The notes under the pieces were generated by a model. The model did no database searches and was not told the DNA's origin. It saw only the letters and a list, made by a program, of their open reading frames with translations. Source: Azolla caroliniana (taxonomy: Eukaryota; Plantae; Polypodiophyta). Taken from it: a DNA stretch of 64,000 nucleotides. Within the stretch, counting starts at the first letter, position 1, and every line of letters begins with the position of its first letter. The translations under genes and the position numbers were made by a program. Shown here one piece after another: positions 11,790-23,565 of the stretch. The DNA lies in assembly GCA_043228905.1 (NCBI GenBank), contig JBHGNT010000004.1, forward strand, positions 12,648,001 through 12,712,000, given 5' to 3'.

Positions 11790-13435
11790 CCATGTTGGCG
11801 TCAACTTCCGTTGCGTTCTCGTTCGCTTGACCTCCAGTTGATCTGGTTCTTCCGAATCCGTCTGTTGAATCGAATCAACTATCTCCGACTTGTTCCAGCT
11901 CTTGTCCAAATCAGTCGCTCCCGATTCGTCTTCCGGTTTCAGGCCCTTCATTACATCGGACCATTTCTGGGTCTTGGCCTTCTTCTTCCGATCGGCTCTG
12001 TCCTTCTTGACTCTGCCGCCACTACCGCTTGTTCCGACTTGTTCGGATGTGTCAACTTCCTTTGTCGACTCGGCTCCTTTCTTCTTCTTGTCTCTCCCTT
12101 TGTTGGTTCTTCCCTCACGGGCGCAGTCGGCAGTTTCTTTGCCTTTGCCTGTTCCGAGCGGTTTAGTGAAGATGTCGGCAACTTGCCGATCCGTATGAAC
12201 ATACCGAAGTTCTACTTCATCACTCAAGACATGCTCACGCACGAAGTGGTAGTGCACTTCGATGTGCTTTGTGCGACCATGGAATACAGGGTTCTTGGCG
12301 AGCTGCATGTTGCTTATGTTGTCGCAGTAGATCAGGATCGGGGTCAGCACCTCGATCCGCAGGTCTTCAATGGTAGCACCCCGGTATTCAACGTCAGTGC
12401 TCGGAAGGGCCATTGTTGGCTGCTTTTTGCTGCTCCACGCAACAACCGCACTACCAAGGGAAAATATATAGCCGGAGGTGGATCGGCGATCTGATGCATC
12501 GCCGGCCCAGTCGGCATCGATGTAGCTGACTAGCTCTTCGGTTATACCATGCCGGTATAACAGTCCCCGGTCCTTCATGCCGCTCACATATCGCAAAATT
12601 CGATGCGTGCACAGAAGGTGCTCCATGGTCGGCTTCTGCATATATTGGCTAATCACGCCGACCGGATAACTAATGTCGGGTTGGGTGATCGTCAAATATA
12701 TAAGGCTTCCGACGATTTGTCAGAACCACTTCTCATCGTAGGCCGGTCCGGAGTCGGGATAGAGCTTCTGGTTCCGGTCCAGGGGTGTGGAGATCGGTCG
12801 GCATTCCGTCATGCCGAACTTGTACAACATAGTCAACACATAGTGTCTTTGTGAGAGCAGTATGCCGCGGGGGTTCGAATCACCTCGATCCCAAGGAAAT
12901 AGTGAAGGTCCCCCAGGTCCTTCATCTCAAATGCGTTTGACAGCTGGGACTTGACTCGGCAGATTTCATCGAGTCCGGGTTCGGTGATGACTAGATCATC
13001 AACATACAGCAAGATGCAAACCGGACCGTCCGGACCTCACCGGATGAACAACGAAGAGTCAGACTTGGAGGCCACAAACTCCATCTTACACAATCGGTGC
13101 ATGATCTTCGCATTCCAAGCTCAGGGGGCTTGCTTGAGGCCATAAATTGACTTCGTCGGCTGACATACCGCTGACTTGTTCATCTCCGACTGGAAACTGG
13201 GGGGTTGGGTGATAAAGACCTTTTCTTCAAGATCACCTTGAAGAAATGCATTCTTCACGTCCATTTGGTGAAGATGCCACCCCCTTGCCGCAACAACCGC
13301 CAACACCACACGAATAGTTGTCATCTTCACTATCGGTGCGAAGGTCTCGTCGTAGTCGATTCTGTGGGTCTGCGCGTACCCCTTCGCCACTAACCGGGCC
13401 TTGTACCGGTTAATCGAACCGTCGGCATTGTACTT
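11790..13435 (-). pseudogene. pol: Copia-B1 RT and RNase H remnants with a Lys/Glu-rich C-terminal tail
   Basis: QMDVKNAFLQG, YVDDLV, DADWAG, TKHIEVHYHF motifs. Confidence 0.9.
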
Positions 13436-14282
13436 TGTCGGGAACTCAAACGCTCCTTATGCGCAACGCTCGGCCGCAATCGAGCTTAGAATGATACACA
13501 GAAAACGGGAAATAAAACACGACACAAAGAAGAAGAATATACACAGGAGGTTTACGTGGAAAACCCCAAACTAGGGGAAAAACCATGGCAGCCCACAAGC
13601 TGCAAACTGTCACTATGTAAGAATGTATAATAGTGAGTTCACTGAAGCAATGACCTCGTGCTCACAGATCTTCGCCACAAGCGGCGGTTACAACAGAGGC
13701 AATGACCTCTTTCTCTCTCTCTCTCTCTGTACACAGTTACACGTTCTCACTTCTTCTTGCACCAACAAGTGAATGTCAACAACAATAACAACAGTTACTA
13801 AAAGTTTGCCCTAAGTCATATTTATACTAATATGACTTTTCGGCTATTTACAAATATAGCCTCGATGGACTATCAAAAAACATATTTACGAATATGTCTC
13901 TTCATCCGGTTCTCCGTAGCCGGGGACTCCTCATCCGGTCCATACCAGGTTTGTACCATCCGGCTCTCCGTAGCCGGGTACTCCTCATCCGGTCTTCACC
14001 GGGTCTGTATCATCCGGCTCTCCGTAGCCAGGTACTCCTCATCCGGTCTTCACCGGGTCTGTATCATCCGGCTCTCCGTAGCCGGGTACTCCTCATCCGG
14101 TCTTCACCGGGTCTGTACCATCCGGCTCTCCGTAGCCGGGTACTCCTCATCCGGTCTTCACCGGGTCTGTATCATCCGGCTCTCCGTAGTCGGGTCCTCC
14201 TCATACGGTTTCAGCCTCGGCTGAGTTCGTTCATCGGCACTGTTCTTCTCCCTTCCCATCCGGAGGGACCTGTCTTCCAACA
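13436..14282 (-). mobile_element. Solo LTR of the Copia-C family
   Basis: TG..CA termini; TSD TACTT at 13431-13435 and 14283-14287; homologous to the LTRs of 44770-50042; 54-bp tandem repeats at about 13903-14210. Confidence 0.93.
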
Positions 14283-14287
14283 TACTT

Positions 14288-16037
14288 TACCTTGTACACC
14301 CACTTACATCCGATCGACTTACAGTGTCGGGGAGGGTCAACTAGGTCCCATGTGTCATTGACAATTAGTGCCCGCATTTCTTCCTCCATAACGACACGCC
14401 AATTTGCGTCCCTTGCCGCTTCTGCGTAGCTCTCCAACTTGCACACTTCAGCCACCTTGGTCATGTACGCATAGTGATGTGCCATGTACTCATTGTACCC
14501 GTACTGCTTCACAGGGTTCTTATGGCGGGAAGACCAACGTAACTTATCGTTACCTGGTTTGAAGCCCTTCTTGGCCGGTTCAGACTTTTTTCTCAAAGAT
14601 CCACCTTCATCCTTTCCGGAGTCGGATTCACTCCAATCTGACTCAAGGTTGCCGGTTTCGTATTTCGACATCTTCTTCTTCCCCTTCTCTTTGCGCGTGA
14701 ACCGTCTCATCAGTTCTTTGCGTGGGGAGAGCACGACAGAGTCTCCACTACTCGTCGGTTCGTCATTCGACTGGTTACCCCGACTCAGCCGCTCATTCGG
14801 CCCGCTCAACCGAAGCGATTTCGGACTCAGACCTAGAGTCTCAAATCCTTCGTCTTCTAACTGGACCGGTTCAGGCTCCTAGCCTCATCCTTTGGTATCG
14901 GGTCGGGGTTGGAAGTCAGAGCTGGTAAGGCAGACCATGATGTCGTCTCATCAAACTCAACATCCCAGCTAACTTGGACCTGCTTCGTCCGGGGGTTATA
15001 ACACTTATACCCCTTTTGCTGATGGGAGTAACCGACCAGGATGCACTTCTCCAACTTTGCATCCAACTTCCTTCGCTTCTCATTCGGCACATGCACATAT
15101 GCAATGCTTCCAAATATCCAAAGGTGTCTCAAATTCGGCTTGCGCTCGAAATATAGCTCATGTGTGGACACCTTGTTACCGATCCGGTTTTGGATATAGA
15201 CGGCCGTCCGGACCGCCTCGGCCCAGTAGAAATGGGGCATGCTCTACTCCTCCAACATTGCCCTTGCCGCGTCGACAATCGACCGGTTCTTCCTTTCGGC
15301 CACACCGTTTTGCTCCGGTGTGTATCTGTAGTTGAACTCTTTCCGAATTCCTTTTTGCTGCAGATAACTGTTGAATAGGCCGGGAAAATATTTTCCGCCA
15401 TCTGACCGCAGGCACTTGATCTTCCTCTCCGTTTCCTGTTGAACCAGGCTTTGCAGGTTCCGGAAACACTCGAAGACTTCACTCTTCCGTTCAATGAGGT
15501 AGATCCATGTGTGCCGGTTGTAGTCGTCGATGAAGGAGACGAAATACCGACTCCCACCAAGACTAACGTTTTTTGCCGGTCCCCATACATCCAAATGAAT
15601 AAGGTCGAGCTTGTTACGGCTATGGTTTCGTTTGGTGGGGAATGGACGCCGGTGTTGCTTCCCGAGTTGGCAGGCTTTACATATTTGGGCCTTCCGGCCA
15701 CTGAACTTTGGCAAACCGAAAACAACTTGTTTCGTTTGCAGGTCTTGAAGCCTTTGGTAATTAACGTGGCCGATCAACTTGTGCTGGAGATCAATATCCG
15801 ATTCAATCTTCTGTCCTTTGGCGAACAAAGCTGTGCCGACGTCATTGGTATCGAGGATGAACATCCTCCCTTCTCTGCGCCCTTGCGCAATAATCTGGCC
15901 CTCTTCCTCGATGGAGCACCCAAGGTGCGTAAAACGCACCTGCATCCCCTGGTCAACGATCTGACCGACTGACATCAGGTTCTTTGTGATAGTCGAAACA
16001 TGTAATACGTTCATAAGCTTCCCCCTCTGTCTGACAT
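14288..16037 (-). pseudogene. pol: Copia-B1 GAG-pre-integrase, integrase and RT N-terminus
   Basis: LIHLDVWGP, LRSDGG, PEQNGVAERKNR, KCILVGYS motifs. Confidence 0.9.
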
Positions 16038-16476
16038 TGTCAGGAACAGTACTAAGACAGAGAAGGAATTAGTACTAAAAGAAGTATTAGTACTAAGAGA
16101 GGTGAAGAACTCTCGAGAGAAGGAAAGAGTGAGTGAGAGGGAGGGAGAGAGAGATCGAGAGAGAGAGAGAGAGAGAGAGAGTGCTGATAAGAAAAGATAT
16201 ATATTATGTGAAGAAAATGTACAGTAGCTAGGAGGCTTAAGACTGGCGTTGAACTGATTTGGTTCGAAATAATGCCTTGTGCCTCCTTTTATAGTGTTCT
16301 AAGGAATACTCCTGAAGTTTGTGAATGTTCCAGAGAAATCTGGAATATACATCAATTTTCTATAATAAAACATAAATGAAAATAATATTTTATGTATTAC
16401 AATGTATAGTCTAATGGTCAAGAGCTTGACCCATGTAGTATAAGGTCATAGGTTCGAGTCTTGCCATATCATGACA
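16038..16476 (-). repeat. T1 3' LTR
   Basis: Repeat of 21277-21704. Confidence 0.95.
16407..16460 (+). promoter_or_regulatory. tRNA-like Pol III A/B-box cassette at the U3 end of the T1 LTR
   Basis: TAGTCTAATGG at 16407 and GGTTCGAGTC at 16451, 44 nt apart; also at 21645/21689 and 55156/55112. Confidence 0.65.
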
Positions 16477-19400
16477 CTATCCCCCCTTTAAAACGACGAG
16501 TGTAACGAGTCGTTTTGGATTGAGGACCCGGTTTGTCTGGATATTGATGATGGAAGTCTTCAAGAAGAGCACGCACATTGGTGACATTCTCTATCGGTTC
16601 CCAAGTACGCTCACTGGGACTATATCCTAGCCAGTCGACTAGATAGTAGAGCTTGTTGCGAACAAGCTTGGAATCAAGGATGGCGGCAACCTCGTACTCA
16701 GGTCCATCTTCAAGCTCGATCGGGGATGGAGGTTGTGTAATACGTCCTGGGATGGTGCTTTCTTGATAGGGTTCGAGGAGAGAACTATGAAACACCGGAT
16801 GTATCCGAAGTTGTGGAGGTAGATCAAGAAGAAAAGCGACATCATTAATCTTTCCGATAATACGGAAAGGACCTAATCGCCGATAATCCAACTTCTCTGA
16901 TGGGCGAGTAGTCTTGATGTGTCGTCGGAGTAGCCATACCTGATCTCCAATGTTAAAACTAGATGGAGTCTATGACGATCCACATAAACCTTGTGTGTTT
17001 GTTGAGCTTGTTGGAGATGGGTAGATAAATCCGCTTGTATCTTGCGTAACCTCTCCAAACGATCCTCTGTGCAAGGATTTGTGGACACCTCTGGGGTTTC
17101 AAGTACACACCACCGGGGGTGACATCCCGTATAAGCATAAAATGGCGTAACTTTCGTGGATGCGTGGATAGAGTTGTTATAGGCAAATTCGGCGAAGTGG
17201 AGAATATCTGCCCAGTCATCCTAATGATAGCTGAGAAAGCACCGCAGATACTGCTCCAGCGTTTGATTGGTTCGTTCGGCTTGGCCGTCGGTTTGTGGGT
17301 GGTAGCTGGAGGAGAGGTTACAAGTGACCTTGAGCATGTTAAAAAGGTGCTTCCAAAATTTTGACACGAACTGGGGTCCACGGTCGCTGATGATACTATT
17401 GGGAAGTCCATGATGCCGACATACTTCACGCATGACAATTTCGGCAGTGTCTTCACTAGAGATCTCCTTAGTACATGGCAAGAAATGAGCCATCTTCGTA
17501 TATCGATTGACCACCGTTAGAATCGCATTGAACCCCTTAGAGACTGGAAGATCTGTGATGAAATCTAGAGCAATGGATTGCCACGGCTTGCTTGGAATTG
17601 GTAATGGTTCTAATAAACCATATGGATGATGCCTTGGCATTTTCGCTCTGCAGCATGTATCACAAGTCCAAACAAAATCCTCGACAAATTGTCGCATACA
17701 GGGCCACCAGAATGATCGTTGTACTAAATGTAGTGTTTTAGTACTACCAAAATGCCCAGCTGTATATGTGTCATGACAGTTTTGTACTACTTGAAGGCGG
17801 CAAAAACCATTAGGAACATACAAAAGTTCTTTAAAGAAGAGTAATCCATCATGGTATTTGAATTGCCGATAGTCCGTACCTGGTGGTTGCGACTGTGAAC
17901 ATGACGCTCGAGAGGGATCAATTTGTGCTAGTATAGCTTGGGCGAACGCATTTGTCTTCAAGTCTTCGCGTATAGTATCGATAACGCGGGAATCCATGGG
18001 CATGTCAAAGATCTTTGTTACTTGTAGTCGTGCCGGTCCCAAGATGACTTGTTTTTGGTTATCGAAAGCTGGCTCGCCGGGACGGGGTGCTAGATACGAA
18101 CGCCGTGATAATGCATTTGCCTTCCCTTGGTGCTTCCCCGGACGATATGTAATTTTGAAGTCGAAACGTGTGAGGAAGTGGGCCCACCGAGCTTGACGTC
18201 GATTCAACACACGAGCATCTTGAAAGTAGGCCAGGTTCTTGTGGTCACTAAATACGGTGACCGGATGAGAGGATCCCTCCAGAAAATGCCTCCATTGCAT
18301 AAAAGAATCCACTATTGCCAATAGCTCCTTATCATGAATTTCGTAGTTGATTTTAGCGGTGTCAAACTTGCGTGAGTGAAAAGCCATAGGATGTAGCTTC
18401 TCATCATTCCCCTGTTGTGACAAAATGCTCCCCAATGCAAAATCCGATGCGTCAGCTTCGATAATAAATGGTTTTTCCGGATCGACATGAGCTAGAATTG
18501 GAGCCGATGTAAATGACTTTTTAAGACTCTCGAAAGCCACGTCCGTTTCTTCTGACCAAATGAATGGTTGTCCTTTCCTGGTAAGTTATGTGAGAGGTAG
18601 AACGATCTTTGAGTAATCTTGTATGAACTTCCGGTAAAAATTGGCAAAGCCTAGGAAGCATTGCACATCCCGCACCGAACGTGGAGTTTGCCATTCTACC
18701 ACCATTTTGACCTTAGCTGGGTCCATGGAGATGCCTTCTGACAAAATGATGTAGCCGAGAAATTCCACTTGCTTGCACCTGAAACTACATTTTTCTAGCT
18801 TTGCATACAGACCATGTTCTCGAAGTCGTTTTAGTACTAATAGTACATGAGAATCATGTTCTTCTTGGGTCTTTGAATAAACCAGTAGATCATCCAAATA
18901 GATGATCAAACAATCATCCAATAGATCTCGGAATATATCATTAGCCATGTGCTGGAAGACTGCGGGGCATTAGTGAGGCCGAACGGCATGACCGTATACT
19001 CGAAGTGCCCATATCTGGTGCGAAACGCGGTCTTCCATTCGTGTCCTGGTCGGATCCATACGAGGTTATATGCTCCCCGTAAGTCGATCTTCATGAAGAA
19101 CCTGGCACCATTGATCCGTTCTAAAAGACTTGAGATAAGGGGAAGAGCATACCTATTCCTGATTGTAACCTTATTCAGGCCACGGTAATCTACAACAAGA
19201 CGAAGCGATCCATCCTTTTTGTTGACGAAGAAAATGGGCGCGCCGGCTGGAGATTTCGAATGCCGGATGAAACCATTTTCCAAATTCTCCTCTATATAGG
19301 CCCGAAGGACTTCCAGCTCGGTTGGTGACAAATTGTAGATCGGTCCCCATGGCGGCTCTTTTCCCGGTTGTAAATCGATGGGGCAATCGTACGGTCGATG

Positions 19401-20057
19401 ATGAGGAAGTGTGTTGGCTTGTACTTTATCGAACACATCGGCGTAATGACGATACTTCTTGGGAAGTTGAACGGTGGATCCTTCTTTAGTGGTGCTGGAG
19501 GGGTTTATTGATATTGCAAAGAGGAACATTTCCTCCTTGTGCCCTTCTTTACGCAACTTACGTAGCGAAATGGTTGCGATCTTCTGAGTTGACCCTTGGG
19601 TTTGTCGACACCGTATTTCTCTTGTTCTCCAATCTATGTTTGGGTTACGTAACTCGAACCACGGTAATCCTAAAACTATGGGATGTTCTGGGATACTAAT
19701 AATATTAAATGATACTACACATGCTAAGTTATCTAGGACAATATTAATGGGCTCTGACTCTTCTATGATATTTCCGGAAGCAATGGGACGTCCATCAATG
19801 ACTACTACAGAGGCTGGACATTGGAGTTTTCTTAGGGATATCTTATGACCTTGAGCAAATTTTCTTATCCATAAAGCAAGAGTTAGCTCCGGAATCTAGG
19901 AGTGCTACGACATGTACTGGAGGGGTACTTTTAGTACTAACTATTACTTGGGCTACGAACACATCACTAACTTGCTTAGAGGGAATGGAACCACTAATGG
20001 GCTGCACAGATCTAGGGCTGTCCAACCAAACATCTCCTATTTTGGCTGGACTTAGTC
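16469..20057 (-). pseudogene. pol: T1 pol: PR, RT, RNase H, integrase, chromodomain
   Basis: LLDSGA; KIDLRGAY; MPFGLTNAP; YLDDLL; DASDFALG; IISDRGPQF; GPF; EYEVAAILDS..YLVDWLGYSPSERTWEP. Confidence 0.95.
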
Positions 20058-21203
20058 GTTTAACTCTTCTTCTAAGTGACTAAGGACATCAAATCTGTTT
20101 GCTAGATCTGGGCTATTAGTACTATTAGGACTATCAGATATCCCTACTGAAATAGGCTTGGGTTTAGTACAATTAGAACTAGCGACTATTTGGCTTACCT
20201 GTCTTCTTGGCCTATGGGGGCAATTTATTGCAATATGTCCTGGTTCACCGCAGTAAAGACATAGTCGATTTGTACGACATCACTGCTTTTCTTCTATGGA
20301 TAATGGCCCTCGACGACGTGTAGTGTCAATCTCCATCGGAGTCGGAGTATTCGCTGGAGGTGCATTATATGACTCCCTCGGAAAAGGTCTTGCTACCACT
20401 GAGGCGTAGGTGGGCTCTGATCTTGCCCTCGACATCTGTAGTTATCGTTCCGAACGTCGCTCAAAGAGGCGGTTGTCACATCTCACCGCGCGACTGATTG
20501 CTTCTGTTAAGGACTTTGGCTCTTCGGGGAAGGTCAAGAGTAAATCCTTAACGTCGTTGCGTAAACGATAACGGAATTGCTCCATCAACGCTTGATCATC
20601 CCAAGGAATATCGGCAGCGAGTAGGCGAAAATCTGCAGCATATGCGGAGGCTGGATGGTCACCTTGGCGTAATCGCCGTATTTTGTTGATTGCGGTCCTG
20701 ATGTTGTCAGTATCTCCGAGACATGCTTTAAACTCACTTAGAAACTCTTCAAAATTGTTGAGTAACGGGGATTCCTTTTCTAATAGTGGAGCGAACCATG
20801 CCAACGCTGAGCAATACAACAAAGTGCCTACTAAACCCACTCGTGATGCATCGGTGGGATACCGGGAAGGATGCATTTGAATAACTAATCGTACCTGGTT
20901 AAGGAACCCTCTAAACTGCTATCGCGTTCCATTGAACTTTGTGGGAAGGCCAATCTTTGGTTCTATATGAATCCCTTGTGTTCCGGGCCCTTGTTGTTGC
21001 ATCGCTACGATGGTTGCTTCGAGTTGTTGCACGTGTAACGCAAGTTCCCCACGCTGTTGTTGCGTTTGCTGCTTTTCTAAGGAGATTTGCTGAAGATCCC
21101 CCAGCAACCGTTGGTTTTCTTGTTCCAAAGCATGGAACTTCTCTTTCAAGCATTGAAATTCCGAGAAAACAGATTGATATTCTTCAGCGCTAACAATGGC
21201 CAT
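20052..21203 (-). pseudogene. gag: T1 gag (PEG10/RTL-like, with CCHC knuckle)
   Basis: N-terminal coiled coil, PKIGLPTKF.G, ALAWFAPLLE, CLYCGEPGHIAINC. Confidence 0.9.
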
Positions 21204-21276
21204 GGGATTAAAGAAAAGAGGAATAAGAGATTAGTAGGAAATGAGAGAGACAGAAGGTAGGCAAATCGGTTCAAAT

Positions 21277-21704
21277 TGTCAGGAACAGTACTAAGACAGA
21301 GAAGGAATTAGTACTAAAAGAAGTATTAGTATAGTAAGAGAGGTGAAGAACACTCGAGAGAAGGAAAGAGTGAGTGAGAGGGAGGGAGAGAGAGCTCGAG
21401 AGCTCGAGAGAGAGAGAGTGATGATAAGAAAAGATATATATTATGTGAAGAAAATGTACAGTAGCTAGGAGGCTTAAGACTGGCGTTGAACCGATTTGGT
21501 TGGAAATAATGCCTTGTGCCTCCTTTTATAGTGTTCTAAGGAATACTCCTGAAGTTTCTAGAATGTTCCAGAGAAATTTGGAATATACATCAATTTTCTA
21601 TAATAAAACATAAATGAAAATAATATTTTATGTATTACAATGTATAGTCTAATGGTCAAGAGCTCGACCCATGTAGTATAAGGTCATGGGTTCGAGTCAT
21701 GACA
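21277..21704 (-). repeat. T1 5' LTR with adjacent self-priming PBS (21262-21274)
   Basis: The PBS is complementary to LTR positions 21486-21498. Confidence 0.92.
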
Positions 21705-21709
21705 GACGT

Positions 21710-22698
21710 GGCTCAAAGGGACTTCTCTGATATGCACAATTGGGTGAGGAGTGTCATCTCCTGTTTCGACGACTCCCGGTTGTTCCGGTTTCTCCAAGAA
21801 AGAGAACCACTCTTTGTTGCTCGTCATGTGATTCGACGCACCGGAATCAACGTACCACACTTTCTCCGATTTGGAAGTGGTCTTCTTCATCAAGTTAGCC
21901 TCGTGTTTCATCACCAAGGTTGGCCCTTTACTGGCTTTTCCGGTTTTGGATCCTCCCGATCCTTCTGCGTAGTGCGAGTATTGCCGGTTCTCTCTATCGG
22001 CCTTGCTAGATCCAGATCTGTTCAAATCGGTGCGCTTTTTCTAGCACTCGCGTTCTCTGTGGCCCTTTTTACCACAATACCAACATTCCATGTTGGCCTT
22101 TGCTTGCCGGTCTCCGGCGCTGCCTTGACTCCCCCTGCTTGTGGAGGGTCCGGAACTACTATCGGCACGTTCTCTATGCCTTCAGTCCTGCTCTTGCCGG
22201 CCGCTACCATTGCGAGCCGATCCGCGTTGTCCACCATGCCCATGGGGCCGATCCACCTCCGTGTACAACATCCGGCAGTCGGTGGGTGCACTTGTTGACA
22301 CATCGGCGTGGTTCTCCTCCACAAGGAGCATTGACTGTAAGTTGAAAAATGATGGCATATTCTCCCTTGTACACATAGCAGTTCAGAACACTCTGAACAT
22401 TGACGCCAACCCTCCGAGACAAATTTGCACCATATCGGCTTCTTTGATATTAACATCAATGGAGGCCAGAGAGTCGCAAATGTCCTTGATTTTGGAGGTG
22501 TAGTTTGCCACCGACAAGTCGCGTTGTCGTAGGTTGCTCAGCTCCTGTAAGAGTTGAAGCTTCCTGGTTGTAGTGCTTGCGGCCAAAATCTTCTTCAAAT
22601 TTCCCCAAGCATCTTTCAACGTTTTTGCATCTCGAATGTAGCTTAGGAGTTGTTCGCCCACACAAGACGCGAAGCAGTACTAAGGGCTGGCTCTTCGA
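21710..22698 (-). pseudogene. gag: Copia-B1 gag and protease
   Basis: QICLGGLAS, CWYCGKKGH, WYVDSGASNHMT motifs. Confidence 0.88.
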
Positions 22699-22699
22699 C

Positions 22700-23516
22700 T
22701 CATTAGTGACCCCTTCCGAGAGCAAAACTATGTCATCTACATAGAGTAAGAGACTAACTTGCGTACCCCCAATGACTACTCCGTTGCTTCCCTTACAAGC
22801 AATAAAATCAGTGATCTCATCAATGTAGATCCCAAAAAGAGTCAGTGATAGGGGGCAACCTTGTTTTACACCAATGGTGTTGGTGAAGCAATCAGATAGG
22901 CCACCGAGGCATCTTACGCACCTAGAGACTTGCTCATATAGAGCATAGATGGCCTAGATCATGTCATTTGGTATCTCTAGGACTTTAAGCCTATCAAACA
23001 ACCGCTCCCTAGGAACTGTGTCAAAGACTTTGCGGAAGTCCACAAAGCAACAATATAGTTTCTTCTTGTGAGCCTTCGTCTGGTCAATTAAGCATCTAAG
23101 TGTGAAGATATGGTCAATAGTGGAGAAGTCTCGTCTAAAGCCAACATGCTCATGTGCTCGAAGACTTATGGTTTCCATATAATCGTTGAGCTCTACTTCC
23201 ATTAATGCACCATATAATTTAGCGAACATATGACCTATCATAATGGTCCTATATGTATTTGGGTCCATGGGGTCCCCTCCTTTATGTATAGGGGCCATTG
23301 TGTTGATGGTCCATCCTGGCGGAAAACCCTCAGTGAGGGCACAGTTGAAGATTAGAGTGAGAAAAGGAGCTAGGCACTCTCAAGCATATATCATGTGTTC
23401 GGCTCGCAATCCTGTGTGGTTCATGGACTTCCTATGTTGTAAATTTTTTATGACCTTCGAGACCATAGAGGTCATGAAAAGTGTCCCCATGGTAGGTCAA
23501 GGTGTGGAAGGTATGG
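22700..23516 (-). mobile_element. LINE ORF2 RT fragment (inverted segment)
   Basis: PIHKGGDP.DPNTYRTI, FVDFRKVFDTV, GVKQGCPLS, LLYVDDIVL motifs. Confidence 0.9.
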
Positions 23517-23565
23517 TGTTGAGCGGCAAGCTCAACCGGATCCGGATCGGCTGAATAAGCCTGAG
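23517..23565 (+). repeat. Copia-B LTR 5'-terminal stub, probably the displaced B1 5' LTR
   Basis: TGTTGAGCGGCAAGCTCAACCGGATCCGGATC matches the Copia-B LTR start. Confidence 0.8.

Larger units (their letters stand above)
16038..21704 (-). mobile_element. T1: full-length, decayed chromovirus (Tcn1/Tf1-sushi-like Ty3/gypsy)
   Basis: LTRs 16038-16476 and 21277-21704. TSD GACAT/GACGT. PPT AAAGGGGGGATAG. Domain order gag-PR-RT-RH-IN-chromodomain. Confidence 0.96.
9725..22698 (-). mobile_element. Copia-B1: decayed Ty1/copia hosting G1, G4, a solo LTR and T1; 5' end disrupted by an inversion
   Basis: 3' LTR stub 9725-9777 and PPT 9778-9786. RH/RT at 11790-14480, IN at 14857-16037, PR/gag at 21710-22698. 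Colinear with Copia-B3. Confidence 0.9.

Noticed and set aside
11466-12494. 342-aa plus-strand hydrophobic ORF (env-like?)
   Set aside because: It spans a G4/Copia-B1 junction and is the antisense shadow of the K/E-rich tail and RNase H.
13903-14210. CRISPR-like array or repeat protein (18-aa repeat ORFs 13832-14224 and 30344-30718)
   Set aside because: Head-to-tail tandem repeats with no unique spacers, inside a solo LTR; no cas genes; eukaryotic TE context.
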